From positions 27,244 to 91,243 of the forward strand of contig JBAZSE010000002.1 of the NCBI GenBank assembly GCA_041662565.1: a DNA stretch of 64,000 bases, in the 5' to 3' direction. This stretch comes from Patescibacteria group bacterium. Its GTDB lineage: Bacteria; Patescibacteriota; Patescibacteriia; UBA1558; UBA10009. Made by a program: the position numbers and the translations under genes. Positions within the stretch are counted from its first letter, which is position 1; each line of letters begins with the position of its first letter. The notes under the pieces were generated by a model. It did no database searches and was not told the DNA's origin. It worked only from the letters and a program-made list of their open reading frames with translations. This document shows, piece by piece, positions 30,272 to 41,641 of this stretch.

Positions 30272-31159
30272 ATGTATAATCAAATCACTTCTAATAAACG
30301 CAAAACCTGGGTTCTAATGACTATCTTTATGATAGTCATTGTGCTTTTGGGTTGGGTTTTTGGCGAAAGCCAAGGAATTGGTTATGGCGGCATAGCCATT
30401 GCTATGGTTATTGCGGTAGTTATGAATCTGGTGGGCTATTTTAAAGGCGATAAAATCGCTTTAGCCATGAGCAAAGCTAGAGCCATTAATAAAGAAGATA
30501 ATTCCTATGTTTATAGGATGGTAGAAAATCTTTGTTTGGCAAGCGGGTTGGTTGCGCCCAAAATTTATATCTTGCCCGATCAAAACATTAATGCTTTTGC
30601 CTGCGGCCGCAAGCCCGAAACCGCCTCCATTGCGATTAGCGCAGGCGCGATTGAAAAATTGGAAAATGAAGAATTGGAAGGCGTTATTGCCCACGAACTT
30701 TCTCATATTAAAAATTACGACATCAGGGTTATGACCATTGTGATTATCTGCGTTGGGGTAGTTACCTTAATGGCTGATTTCTTTTTGCGAACGCAGTTCT
30801 TGTTTGGCGGCCGCAGAGATAACCGCGAAAGCGGTCAGTTGGGAGCCATATTAATGATTGTTGGCTTGGTTTTAGCCATCCTCTCCCCTGTTTTTGCCAC
30901 CCTAATTCAACTGGCCGTTTCTCGCAAACGGGAATACTTAGCCGATGCCTCGGGCGCTCTTTTAACTCGCTACCCCGAAGGTTTAGCCCGCGCTTTAGAA
31001 AAAATTAAAAACTCCAATCAACCCTCCAAAACAGCCAATCATGCCACGGCCCATTTGTATATTGCCAATCCTTTTGAAGGAGTTGGTAAAAAAGTGACTG
31101 GTCTTTTTTCGACCCATCCGCCACTGGATGATCGGATTGCCAAATTAAGAAACATGTAA
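30272..31159 (+). CDS. htpX: zinc metalloprotease HtpX (M48)
   Basis: HELSHIKN (HExxH), four TM, GALLTRYPEGLARALEKI region. Confidence 0.9.
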   Translation: MYNQITSNKRKTWVLMTIFMIVIVLLGWVFGESQGIGYGGIAIAMVIAVVMNLVGYFKGDKIALAMSKARAINKEDNSYVYRMVENLCLASGLVAPKIYILPDQNINAFACGRKPETASIAISAGAIEKLENEELEGVIAHELSHIKNYDIRVMTIVIICVGVVTLMADFFLRTQFLFGGRRDNRESGQLGAILMIVGLVLAILSPVFATLIQLAVSRKREYLADASGALLTRYPEGLARALEKIKNSNQPSKTANHATAHLYIANPFEGVGKKVTGLFSTHPPLDDRIAKLRNM

Positions 31160-31160
31160 C

Positions 31161-31315
31161 AGGCCTTGCCCTTCATCAGTCATTGCGAGCCCCGTCGCAG
31201 GCGTCGGGGCGTGGCAATCTCGTTGTACTTGGTATAAACATCGGGATTGCGGAGCCTGTCCCGAGGCGATAGCCGAGGGATCTTGCTCCTCGCAATGACC
31301 GTTTAAGCAAGGCCT
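31161..31315. repeat. dispersed palindromic repeat family A, copy 2 (155 nt, opposite orientation)
   Basis: aggccttgcc...gtcattgcgag...ctcgcaatgacc...gcaaggcct; same terminal inverted repeats as copy 1, with about 30 nt of extra internal sequence. Confidence 0.75.
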
Positions 31316-31324
31316 GTTGTGATA

Positions 31325-31353
31325 TTGACCAAAAGATCAAAACATCATACAAT
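31325..31353 (+). promoter_or_regulatory. sigma70-like promoter TTGACC-17-TACAAT for clpC
   Basis: ttgacc 31325-31330, tacaat 31348-31353, ATG at 31363. Confidence 0.45.
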
Positions 31354-31362
31354 ACAATCCCT

Positions 31363-33882
31363 ATGAATAATGATTCCGACATTTTCAATAAATTTACCGG
31401 CCACTACAAAAGGGTGCTAACTTTAGCCCAAGATGTGGCGGCTTCTTTGCATCATCAAACCATTGAACCGTTGCATCTTTTATATTGCCTATCCAACGAA
31501 CGCGGCTCGCTGGGCGCTTCCATATTATATAAAAATCAACTCACGCCCGATCGGGTTAGGGTTGTTTTACAAATTCTTAATAATCACCAAACCAGATCGC
31601 AAACTACCACCAAGGCCCTACCCGCTTTATCGCCCACTTCGCAAAAAGTTTTGGAAAGATCAGTTAAACTCGCTTTCCAACACACTCACAAATATATCGG
31701 CACCGAACATTTGCTGTACAGCTTGATTACGGTGGATGATGAATTATTGTTGAATTATTTAAAAGATGAAAGGATAAATTTAAGCGGTTTACAAAACCAT
31801 CTTAAAACCATTTTACAAAGCACTTCCAAGTTTGGTGATTTAGCCAATGGCAGCGGCGAACTGCCCGATGATCCGGCTTTAGAAAAAGTGTTAACCGAAA
31901 ACTTTAACCAAAAAAACGATTCCGCTTTAGCCGCCTTTGCCGTTGATTTAACCGAAGAAAGTATAAGCGCCAACATTGATCCGGTCATTGGCCGGGAATC
32001 AGAAATAGATCGTTTAATTCAAATTTTATCCCGCAGAACAAAAAACAATCCTGTTTTGCTGGGCGAACCGGGTACCGGCAAAACCGCTATTGTGGAAGGG
32101 TTGGCTAAAAGAATCGTGCAAGGTAAAGTGCCAGATGTTTTAATTGGCAAGCGGATTTTAAATTTGGATTTGGGCGCTACCTTAGCCGGCACCATGTACA
32201 GAGGCGAATTTGAAGCTCGCCTTAAAGATATTATTACCGAAGTAAAAAACGATCCTAACATCATCTTATTTATTGATGAAGTTCACTCGCTTATAGGCGC
32301 GGGTTCTTCCGCCGGCTCGCTTGATGCCGCCAACTTGCTAAAGCCCGAACTGGCCAGAGGCAATTTGCGTTTAATTGGCGCCACCACTTTGGATGAATAC
32401 AAAAAACACATTGAATCCGATCCGGCTTTTGAAAGGCGCTTTCAGCCCATTATCATCAACGAATCCAGTATCGAAGAAACTAAAGAAATTTTGCAGGGTA
32501 TTAAAAAAAATTATGAAACCTATCATCAGGTAAAAATTTCCGACGAAGCCATTGCGGCGGCGGTGGAACTTTCCAGCCGCTATTTGCCTGATAAATTTTT
32601 GCCCGATAAAGCTATAGATCTGCTAGACGAAGCCGCCGCTAAAATAAAAGTGGAAACTACCAAAGACGGCTTAATTAAAGTTATTAAAAAACTGGAAGAA
32701 GAATTGCGCGTTTTACAAAAAGCCAAGGAAAAAAATATTGTAGAAGAAAAATTCGATGAGGCCTTAAAATTCAAGCGCCAAGAAGATGATATTTTAATTA
32801 AACTGGACGATCTCAAGCAATTATCGCTTAAAGAAAAAAAGAAAATTTTAGGTACCATTACCAGGGCCGATATTGCCGCTGTTCTTTCACGCATTACCAA
32901 AATTCCGCTTAACGATTTAATTGTGGAAGAAAAACAAAAACTGATGCATCTTGAAGATAAATTAAAAAAATTCATTATTGGGCAAAACGGAGCTATTATT
33001 GAACTGGCCGAATCAATCAGGCGCACCAGAGCAGGTTTGGCTAACCCCAATAAACCTATTGCCTCTTTTATCTTTTTAGGTCCTTCCGGCGTTGGCAAAA
33101 CCGAAACCGCCAAAGTGCTGGCCCGAGAAATTTTTGAAGATGAAAACGCGCTTATCAGAATTGATATGTCGGAGTTTAGCGAACCCTTTAATATTTCCAA
33201 GCTGATTGGCGCCCCGGCCGGTTATGTTGGCTACAAAGAACAAGGCAAATTATCCGATGCCGTTAAAAGACGCCCATATAGCGTTGTACTGTTTGATGAA
33301 ATTGAAAAAGCGCATCCTGATGTGTTTAATTTACTGCTCTCTATTTTGGAAGACGGTCACTTAACCGATGCCGTGGGTAAAAAAATCAATTTTAAAAATA
33401 CCATAATTATCATGACTTCCAATATCGGCCTTTCAGAATTTAACCGCTTAAGCTCACTTGGCTTTAAGGCCGATGATAAAAATGAACAGGAAAAATTGGA
33501 AGAAGAATACAGTTTGCTGGAAGAAAAAATCCAAGAAGGATTAAAAGATACCTTTAGGCCGGAGTTTTTAAACAGAATTGATAAAGTGGTTATATTTAAA
33601 CCGCTCTCGCCCCAAGCTGCCGTATCCATTGCCAAATTACAGTTAGCTGATTTAGCTCAAAGAATGTCTACACAAAAGTTCCAACTTAAGGTGGGATCAT
33701 CGGTTATTAAAAAACTGGCGGAACAAGGTTATTCTCCTGCCCAAGGTGCCAGAGGCATTAGGCGGTTAATCCAGGATTTAATAGAAAATCCGCTGGCCGG
33801 CGAAATGCTAAGCGGAAAATTTTTAGCCAATGATACCATTTCGGTTAAACTGGCCAAAGATAAAATTGTTTTTGAGAAGTAA
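31363..33882 (+). CDS. clpC: ATP-dependent Clp protease ATP-binding subunit ClpC
   Basis: 839 aa; double Clp_N repeat; two AAA modules ([30 protein letters not shown]); short UVR-like linker rather than the long ClpB M-domain. Confidence 0.9.
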   Translation: MNNDSDIFNKFTGHYKRVLTLAQDVAASLHHQTIEPLHLLYCLSNERGSLGASILYKNQLTPDRVRVVLQILNNHQTRSQTTTKALPALSPTSQKVLERSVKLAFQHTHKYIGTEHLLYSLITVDDELLLNYLKDERINLSGLQNHLKTILQSTSKFGDLANGSGELPDDPALEKVLTENFNQKNDSALAAFAVDLTEESISANIDPVIGRESEIDRLIQILSRRTKNNPVLLGEPGTGKTAIVEGLAKRIVQGKVPDVLIGKRILNLDLGATLAGTMYRGEFEARLKDIITEVKNDPNIILFIDEVHSLIGAGSSAGSLDAANLLKPELARGNLRLIGATTLDEYKKHIESDPAFERRFQPIIINESSIEETKEILQGIKKNYETYHQVKISDEAIAAAVELSSRYLPDKFLPDKAIDLLDEAAAKIKVETTKDGLIKVIKKLEEELRVLQKAKEKNIVEEKFDEALKFKRQEDDILIKLDDLKQLSLKEKKKILGTITRADIAAVLSRITKIPLNDLIVEEKQKLMHLEDKLKKFIIGQNGAIIELAESIRRTRAGLANPNKPIASFIFLGPSGVGKTETAKVLAREIFEDENALIRIDMSEFSEPFNISKLIGAPAGYVGYKEQGKLSDAVKRRPYSVVLFDEIEKAHPDVFNLLLSILEDGHLTDAVGKKINFKNTIIIMTSNIGLSEFNRLSSLGFKADDKNEQEKLEEEYSLLEEKIQEGLKDTFRPEFLNRIDKVVIFKPLSPQAAVSIAKLQLADLAQRMSTQKFQLKVGSSVIKKLAEQGYSPAQGARGIRRLIQDLIENPLAGEMLSGKFLANDTISVKLAKDKIVFEK

Positions 33883-33964
33883 TTAATTTTAAAAATTTTA
33901 TTAACAGGGTCATCCTCCTCCGCTAAAGCTTCGGAGGATTTGGCCCTGTTTTTATTTCCTCACA

Positions 33965-34663
33965 ATGACAAATATGAAAAACGTTATTCAAAAAATATTC
34001 AATTTTATTTTAGCCCTGATTTTCCCAGTAGAATGTTTGGGCTGTAATGAAGAAGATACTTATCTTTGCACTGATTGTTTGGCTAAAATTAAAATTTATG
34101 ACCAGCCGCCAACTTTTGAACATCCGTTAAACCATTTAAACGGTATTATTTACGCTGCCGATTATCATCAAAAATTATTGCAAAAAACTATCCATAATTT
34201 TAAATTCCGGTTTATCCAAGAACTGGCAATTTCTTTGGCAAAAATTTTGGCCGGATTTTGGGAAAATTATAAAGCAGTACAGACGCACAATTGTGCGTCT
34301 CTACACATTGCTAATACGCTAATAATCCCAGTGCCTCTGAATAAAAAACGCCTATTGGAACGAGGCTTTAACCAAGCTGAATTAATAGCCAAAATTTTTG
34401 CCGAGCGTTTTAACTATCCCCTATTAACCAATATTGTAATCCGCTCTAAAAATACGCCCCATCAGGTTGGCTTAAATAAAAAACAAAGAACAAACAATAT
34501 TGCCAATGCTTTTCAAATACTTGATGCTTCAACAATTCAAAATTGCATTATAATTTTAATTGATGATGTGGTTACCACCGGATCCACCATGGAAGAAATT
34601 GCCAAAATACTCAAAGAAAACGGCGCACTTGAGGTTTGGGGCTTAACTATTGCCAAAGATTAA
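33965..34663 (+). CDS. comFC: ComF family protein (ComFC-like, PRTase fold with N-terminal zinc ribbon)
   Basis: CxxC...CxxC N-terminus, PRTase motif LIDDVVTTGSTM. Confidence 0.8.
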   Translation: MTNMKNVIQKIFNFILALIFPVECLGCNEEDTYLCTDCLAKIKIYDQPPTFEHPLNHLNGIIYAADYHQKLLQKTIHNFKFRFIQELAISLAKILAGFWENYKAVQTHNCASLHIANTLIIPVPLNKKRLLERGFNQAELIAKIFAERFNYPLLTNIVIRSKNTPHQVGLNKKQRTNNIANAFQILDASTIQNCIIILIDDVVTTGSTMEEIAKILKENGALEVWGLTIAKD

Positions 34664-34667
34664 AACA

Positions 34668-34706
34668 AAAAGGCGCCAATTGATCTTGAACGCCTTCTTT
34701 TTTCCA
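34668..34706 (+). terminator. rho-independent terminator after comFC
   Basis: aaaaaGGCGccaattgatcttgaaCGCCttctttttt. Confidence 0.6.
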
Positions 34707-34744
34707 ACAGGCCTCGAGCGAAGTCGAGAGATTTACAAAATTTC

Positions 34745-35323
34745 TTAAATCATCTTCACTACCTGCCACCATTTTTCTACGTATTCCGCCCGACGATTTT
34801 GATATTTAAGATAATAGGCATGTTCCCAAACATCCAAGCACAAAATAGGCGCATGTCCTTTACTTAATGGCGAATCTTGATTAGAGGTAGCATAAACTTC
34901 CAACTGACCGTCTGTGTTTCTAACCAGCCAGGCCCAACCAGAACCAAACTGGCCCATGGCTGTTGCATTAAATTTTTCTTTAAATGCTTCTACTGAACCA
35001 AAAGTGGTGATAATTTCTTCAACCAATTTTTCGTCCTTGGTATTTGCCGGATCCATTATTTGCCAAAATAAAGCATGGTTAATGTAACCGCCACCATTAT
35101 TTTTAAAAACTTTTTTATCCGTCTCATCCATTTCTAAACTATCCAACTGCTTCATTAATTCTTCCGGACTCTCGGTTAGATTAGGATATTTTTCCAACAC
35201 CCCGTTCATCTTATCGCAATAGGCCTGGTGATGCTTGGTGTAATGGATTTCCATGGTAACGGCATCAATATACGGCTCCAGAGCGTTGTAAGCGTAATTT
35301 AACTTGGGAAGTTCATATTTCAT
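34745..35323 (-). CDS. sodA: superoxide dismutase (Fe/Mn)
   Basis: 192 aa; HHQAY, DVWEHAYYL metal-ligand motifs. Confidence 0.9.
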   Translation of the reverse strand: MKYELPKLNYAYNALEPYIDAVTMEIHYTKHHQAYCDKMNGVLEKYPNLTESPEELMKQLDSLEMDETDKKVFKNNGGGYINHALFWQIMDPANTKDEKLVEEIITTFGSVEAFKEKFNATAMGQFGSGWAWLVRNTDGQLEVYATSNQDSPLSKGHAPILCLDVWEHAYYLKYQNRRAEYVEKWWQVVKMI

Positions 35324-35434
35324 ATAATTTATTGGTTAATGATTGGAAATTCAGTATAACAAAAATACCTTAATTACTCAAACAAAAAAGATGTTTTAAA
35401 AACATCTTAATGACCGGCGTCTAACTAATCTAAA

Positions 35435-35526
35435 ATGGCGGAGGCGAGAGGATTCGAACCTCTGAGACCCTTTAAGAGGCCTAACAGTTTTCAAGACTGT
35501 CCCATTAAACCGCTCTGGCACGCCTC
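35435..35526 (-). tRNA. tRNA-Ser (TGA)
   Basis: Type II tRNA: acceptor GGAGGCG/CGCCTCC, anticodon loop CTTGAAA, long variable arm, T-arm GAGGTTCGAATCCTC, encoded CCA. Confidence 0.85.
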
Positions 35527-35531
35527 CTTAA

Positions 35532-35627
35532 CTGGCGGAGAGGCAGGGATTCGAACCCTGGATACGAGCTAAAAACTCATATAACGGTTTAGCAAACCGC
35601 CGCTTTCGGCCACTCAGCCACCTCTCC
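35532..35627 (-). tRNA. tRNA-Ser (GCT)
   Basis: Type II tRNA: acceptor GGAGAGG/CCTCTCC, anticodon loop TTGCTAA, 23-nt variable arm, T-arm CAGGGTTCGAATCCCTG, CCA. Confidence 0.8.
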
Positions 35628-35671
35628 TCCTTAAAATTTGCCTTCAAATTAAAAAGCACCTGTCTAATATA

Positions 35672-36205
35672 ATGGTTGTTGGGCAATTTGTCAATAATCC
35701 CAATTTGCCCTATAATAACGATATGCCTGAAAAAAATGGAAAAGTTTTATTAAATTGGAGTTTTGCCGAATATCTAAAACCCGAACGAGGCAAGGCCTGG
35801 TATTTTTGGTTTTTTGTCGTCATCATTTTATTATTGATTTACTCGTTAGTAACCGTCAATTTCCTTTTTGCCGTGATTGTTATCATTGGTTCCATCATTG
35901 TTTTAATGCGCACCAAGCATGAGCCCAATGAAGTTAGCTTTTTTATAACCCAAAACGGGATTCAAGTTGATGATGATTTTTATCCTTTTGATTTGATTAA
36001 GGATTTTTACATTATTTACAAGCCCCCGCAGATAAAAAACCTTTATTTTGAATTTAAATCACTGCTTAAACCTCGGATTATCATTCCGCTAGAAGACCAA
36101 AATCCCCTTAAAGTGCGAGACTTGCTTAAACAGTATTTGGATGAAAATCTGGAAAAAGAAGAAGAGCCGGCTTCCGAGGCCTTTAGAAAATTATTCAAGC
36201 TCTAA
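35672..36205 (+). CDS. hypothetical membrane protein
   Basis: 177 aa (likely start MPEKNG at 35723), two TM helices, acidic C-terminus. Confidence 0.4.
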   Translation: MVVGQFVNNPNLPYNNDMPEKNGKVLLNWSFAEYLKPERGKAWYFWFFVVIILLLIYSLVTVNFLFAVIVIIGSIIVLMRTKHEPNEVSFFITQNGIQVDDDFYPFDLIKDFYIIYKPPQIKNLYFEFKSLLKPRIIIPLEDQNPLKVRDLLKQYLDENLEKEEEPASEAFRKLFKL

Positions 36206-36270
36206 CTTTAATACATAATAAGCAAAAATCCCTCAAACAAAATGCTTGAGGGATTTTTAAATAAATAACT

Positions 36271-36346
36271 TGGTGCGCCCGGCAAGAGTCGAACCTGCGA
36301 CCTCATGGACCGCAACCATGCGCTCTATCCACTGAGCTACGGGCGC
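36271..36346 (-). tRNA. tRNA-Arg (anticodon read as GCG)
   Basis: Acceptor GCGCCCG/CGGGCGC, D-arm GCTCAGTGGATAGAGC, anticodon stem CATGG/CCATG with loop TTGCGGT, T-arm GCAGGTTCGACTCTTGC, CCA. Confidence 0.7.
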
Positions 36347-36411
36347 CCGTTAATCAAAAAATCACTATTCAAAAGTGATTCTAATGGATTTATTTATTTT
36401 TGTCTATAGCT

Positions 36412-36486
36412 TGGTGGCGGCGGGTGGACTTGAACCACCGACCAACAGCTTATGAGTCTGCTGCTCTACCACTGAGCTACGCCGCC
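36412..36486 (-). tRNA. tRNA-Met or tRNA-Ile2 (CAT), elongator type
   Basis: Acceptor GGCGGCG/CGCCGCC (G1-C72), anticodon loop CTCATAA, T-arm GGTGGTTCAAGTCCACC, CCA. Confidence 0.7.
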
Positions 36487-36514
36487 AAATTAATTAATCT
36501 TTTTTTAAATTTTT

Positions 36515-36589
36515 GGTTGCGGGGGCGGGACTCGAACCCGCGACCTGCAGGTTATGGGCCTGCCGAGCTGCCAACTGCTCTACCCCGCG
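36515..36589 (-). tRNA. initiator tRNA-fMet (CAT)
   Basis: C1xA72 mismatch at the top of the acceptor stem (CGCGGGG / CCCCGCA), anticodon stem GCAGG/CCTGC with loop CCCATAA, T-arm GCGGGTTCGAGTCCCGC, CCA. Confidence 0.65.
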
Positions 36590-36669
36590 TCACAAAAACT
36601 GAATCTATTTAAAAAAGCACCCTGCAAGTGTACTGTAAAACCGATACTTTGTCAAGTATACCCGTAAAT

Positions 36670-38097
36670 TTAAATTGTTTGAACTTTAACCAGATTCATA
36701 TTATGCGATCTGGCTACCGGCTGGCCCGTGACAATCACAATTTGGTCGCCTTTTTTAACCAGTTTTTGCTGTTTAACCAATTTGACGGATTTATCAATCA
36801 GCTCATCCATAGTGCGGCAAACCGGCATTTGGCTGGGATAAATGCCCCACGATAAAGCCAATTGGCGCCAAACCTCATCTTGATTGACTAAAACAATAAT
36901 TTTCGTTTCCGGCCTAAAGCGAGCAATCATGCGGGCGGTATAACCCGAATCGGTGGCCGCCACAATGGCCTTGGCTTTAACTTCCTGCACCAGTTTAAAA
37001 ACCGATTCCGAAATGGCTTTGGTTACGGTAAAATGCTTTTCCGCAAAATAACCGGGTGCCATATCATCATAAATGGAGGCCTCGGTTTCCTGGATTATTT
37101 GGCTCATCATAATTACCGATTCAACAGGATATGAGCCAAAAGCTGTTTCGCCCGAAAGCATTACAGCATCGGCATGATCAATTACCGCGTTAGCCACATC
37201 TGATACTTCGGCTCTGGTGGGGCGCGGATACTTAATCATGGAATCCAGCATTTGTGTGGCCACAATTACGGGCTTACCTTCGGTTAAGCACATTTTAACT
37301 ATTTCTTTTTGGATAATCGGCACTTTAACCGGAGAAAGCTCTATGCCCAAATCGCCCCTGGCCACCATGACGGCATCGGCTTCTTTAATAATTGATTTAA
37401 TATTTTTAACGGCCTCTCCCCTTTCTACCTTGGCCATAACCATAACTTTGGAACGAGGTTGAAATTTTTTAATCAGTTTTTTTAATTTGATCAAATCCGC
37501 GCCCGAGCCCACAAACGATTGCGCCACAAAATCAACGCCCAGGCCAAGGCCGAATTTTAAATCTTCAATATCTTTTTTGGTAATAACCGGCAAACCCAGA
37601 TTGGCTCCGGGAATGTTAACCCCTTTGTACGAATAAATAGTGCCGGCTTTAATAACTTTGGCTTTAACAAAACCGTTAAAAACTTCGGTTACTTTAAGTT
37701 CCACCAAACCGTCCAAAAGCAAAACCTGGCTGTTGGTTTTAACCACTCGAGAAAGCTTAACAAATTGAATGGGCAAAACTTTGCCACTAATTTTTTTTTG
37801 GCTCTTTAAGGCATCCTCAACCAAAGTAATGGTTTCGTTTTTAAACAATTCCACGCCTTTTTTATTTATTTCTCCCACCCTTATCCGCGGGCCCTGCAAA
37901 TCCTGAATAATGGCAATGGGCTGTTGTAATTTTTTAGCTACTGCTCGCAAGGCATCCACCGCTTTTTTATTGCTGGCTTGGGTGCCGTGGGAAAAATTAA
38001 AACGGGCGACATTCATGCCCGCCTTAATCATTTGAGTTAAAATTTTAGGGCTGTCGCAAGCCGGTCCGATAGTAGCGACGATTTTTGTTCGTTTCAT
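36670..38097 (-). CDS. pyk: pyruvate kinase
   Basis: 475 aa; KIVATIGPA N-terminus, MVARGDLGIE motif. Confidence 0.9.
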   Translation of the reverse strand: MKRTKIVATIGPACDSPKILTQMIKAGMNVARFNFSHGTQASNKKAVDALRAVAKKLQQPIAIIQDLQGPRIRVGEINKKGVELFKNETITLVEDALKSQKKISGKVLPIQFVKLSRVVKTNSQVLLLDGLVELKVTEVFNGFVKAKVIKAGTIYSYKGVNIPGANLGLPVITKKDIEDLKFGLGLGVDFVAQSFVGSGADLIKLKKLIKKFQPRSKVMVMAKVERGEAVKNIKSIIKEADAVMVARGDLGIELSPVKVPIIQKEIVKMCLTEGKPVIVATQMLDSMIKYPRPTRAEVSDVANAVIDHADAVMLSGETAFGSYPVESVIMMSQIIQETEASIYDDMAPGYFAEKHFTVTKAISESVFKLVQEVKAKAIVAATDSGYTARMIARFRPETKIIVLVNQDEVWRQLALSWGIYPSQMPVCRTMDELIDKSVKLVKQQKLVKKGDQIVIVTGQPVARSHNMNLVKVQTI

Positions 38098-38170
38098 AAA
38101 TCATGTAACATGTAGCACGCATCATATAGCATAACAAATTGTGACCTGCTACATGTTTTGTGATACATGT

Positions 38171-38491
38171 CTATAAATTAATTCTCCGGGCGTATTTGCC
38201 TAAAACCGGCATTTCCCAGTAACGGCCCTGCAGAGCGCTCATTATACCCATCACGGCCATAATAATTACCAACAACCATAAAAACCAACCAATCAAAGGA
38301 ATCCAAAAAATCAGCCAACCAACCACTTCGGCTACAAACAGCATTAAACCCTGTTTGGCATGAAACTGGGTAAACTGAGAATTCCTTTTGAGGAATAAGG
38401 GCACCAAGCATAAAATCCAAACATAACCGATAGCGGCTAAAATTTTATTGTCCTCGATATCTCTGTCGGGGGATATTTGATTATTCGGCAT
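38171..38491 (-). CDS. small membrane protein (DUF4870-like)
   Basis: 106 aa, two or three TM, ILAAIGYVWILCLVPLF pattern. Confidence 0.45.
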   Translation of the reverse strand: MPNNQISPDRDIEDNKILAAIGYVWILCLVPLFLKRNSQFTQFHAKQGLMLFVAEVVGWLIFWIPLIGWFLWLLVIIMAVMGIMSALQGRYWEMPVLGKYARRINL

Positions 38492-38501
38492 ATAATTAAA
38501 T

Positions 38502-39041
38502 TTATTTTATAATTTTTCTAAAAAACAAAGCAGTAAAAAACCAACTGATCATTAAACCCTCGGCCGCCAGCAACAATGGCTGGCCGATTAAATTAAAAAA
38601 TGCCCAAAGTTCAAAATACCAAATCAATTGAAAAACCGCCAAAATCACTCCGGCAACCAAACCGCCCAAAACAGATGCAACCAAAGTTTGCTGTTTGGTG
38701 GCAGAATAATTTTTTAAGGCCGAATATGACAAATAAGCAAAAATTATGACCCGGGTAATATTAATCAGTTGATTAAAAAGCAACGGTTCCGCTAAAGGAA
38801 AATATTTTGTTTGAATAACCCTTAAAGCGATTTCCAATAATAATAAAATGAACATCGGCCAAGCCGCCACTTCCTTGTACCAAGCCAAGCTTCGGCTGTA
38901 AACAAACTCGCCCCAATTATTCGCCCCACCCTTGGCAACAGCGGGCGTGTTTGGCTGAAGAGGCGCATGGCTATCAGCTTCCCAGGGGTGGCCGTCATCC
39001 GAAGAATATTTGATTTCTCTTTTGTGGGTTGGTTGATCCAT
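38502..39041 (-). CDS. hypothetical membrane protein
   Basis: 179 aa, four predicted TM. Confidence 0.4.
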   Translation of the reverse strand: MDQPTHKREIKYSSDDGHPWEADSHAPLQPNTPAVAKGGANNWGEFVYSRSLAWYKEVAAWPMFILLLLEIALRVIQTKYFPLAEPLLFNQLINITRVIIFAYLSYSALKNYSATKQQTLVASVLGGLVAGVILAVFQLIWYFELWAFFNLIGQPLLLAAEGLMISWFFTALFFRKIIK

Positions 39042-39090
39042 CCCCTATACTATAACAAAAATATAGGTTTTTTTCAAACACAACTGATGA

Positions 39091-40817
<1,727 letters not shown>

Positions 40818-40824
40818 TTAATGA

Positions 40825-41115
40825 TTATTCTAAAATCGCAATCACGTCGGATTGGGATAAAATTAAAACTTCCTGCCCGTCGATTTTAAAATCATCGGGA
40901 GAATATTTTTTAAAAATTATTTTATCGCCAACTTTAACTTCCATGCTCGCGCGGTTGCCGTTATCCAAAATTTTGCCAGGCCCAACAGCCACAACCTCGC
41001 CCTGTTCCGGTTTTTCTTTATCTATGGTTTCGGGCAAAATAATGCCGGATTTGGTTGTTTCTTCTTTAGAAATGCCTTTGACGACTATATTATCGCCTAG
41101 TGGTTTTAACTTCAT
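40825..41115 (-). CDS. groS: co-chaperonin GroES
   Basis: 96 aa canonical GroES. Confidence 0.95.
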   Translation of the reverse strand: MKLKPLGDNIVVKGISKEETTKSGIILPETIDKEKPEQGEVVAVGPGKILDNGNRASMEVKVGDKIIFKKYSPDDFKIDGQEVLILSQSDVIAILE

Positions 41116-41151
41116 ATATTTCTTTAAATTAATTAATAATTATTTAACCGT

Positions 41152-41172
41152 GGGCGCGATAATATCGCGCCC
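41152..41172. promoter_or_regulatory. perfect 9-bp GC-rich palindrome in the groES 5' UTR (gggcgcgat-aat-atcgcgccc)
   Basis: Lies between CIRCE and the groES start codon. Confidence 0.4.
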
Positions 41173-41222
41173 CTACAGCATTGTTAATGGCTGTAATCAG
41201 GTTAGTTTTATTATTTTACGTT

Positions 41223-41249
41223 TTAGCACTCTATTTACGTGAGTGCTAA
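41223..41249 (-). promoter_or_regulatory. CIRCE operator (HrcA site) TTAGCACTC-N9-GAGTGCTAA
   Basis: Perfect match to the CIRCE consensus, just downstream of the groESL promoter. Confidence 0.85.
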
Positions 41250-41262
41250 CATTGATGTCTCT

Positions 41263-41290
41263 ATTCTATCAAATATAAACAATATGTCAA
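41263..41290 (-). promoter_or_regulatory. groESL promoter TTGACA-16-TAGAAT (minus strand)
   Basis: -35 = RC of 41285-41290, -10 = RC of 41263-41268, followed by CIRCE. Confidence 0.6.
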
Positions 41291-41355
41291 GACATAAGGT
41301 AAACAAAATATTGATCATACTACTAGATATCATATTTTTAATACTAAACTTATAT

Positions 41356-41414
41356 TAGCTCCTCGGCTCGTCAGCTTGAAAGCTAAGCTTTCAAGCTGCG
41401 CTCGCTCTACGTCG
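41356..41414. repeat. dispersed repeat family B, copy 1 (contains perfect 13-bp palindrome cagcttgaaagct-a-agctttcaagctg)
   Basis: agctcctcggctcgtcagc...ctctacgtcgc; homologous to RC of 63541-63586, partial copy at 55884-55903. Confidence 0.65.
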
Positions 41415-41641
41415 CTAATAAAAAAAGGATGTCAAGCTCTGCAGCCTTGCGTCTAGGCAAATTGATTCAAATAGTAAACCCAGCCATTTTTAAAAATACT
41501 ATTCAATAGAAAGAAAACCGCTGAACTGAATAGAGGTGTATTGAACACATTTTCAGCTCAGCGGTTAAAAACAAGAATCTAAGGATTTAAAATTCTAGAT
41601 TCCAACTGAACGGAATCCTAAATTCCAAATTTCCCAAAATC

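Noticed and set aside
23377-31315. Diversity-generating retroelement (TR/VR pair) or retron hypothesis for the family A repeats
   Set aside because: Copies are inverted, intergenic and palindromic; no reverse transcriptase gene in the window; differences are not adenine-specific.
31325-31345. CtsR-like heptad repeats (GACCAAA / GATCAAA) upstream of clpC
   Set aside because: Heptad spacing and sequence do not fit GGTCAAA-NAN-GGTCAAA; more simply part of the -35 region.
31176-31388. 70-aa minus-strand ORF
   Set aside because: Lies entirely within repeat family A copy 2 and the clpC promoter; spurious.
36400-36612. 70-aa plus-strand ORF
   Set aside because: Reads antisense through the tRNA-Met and tRNA-fMet genes.
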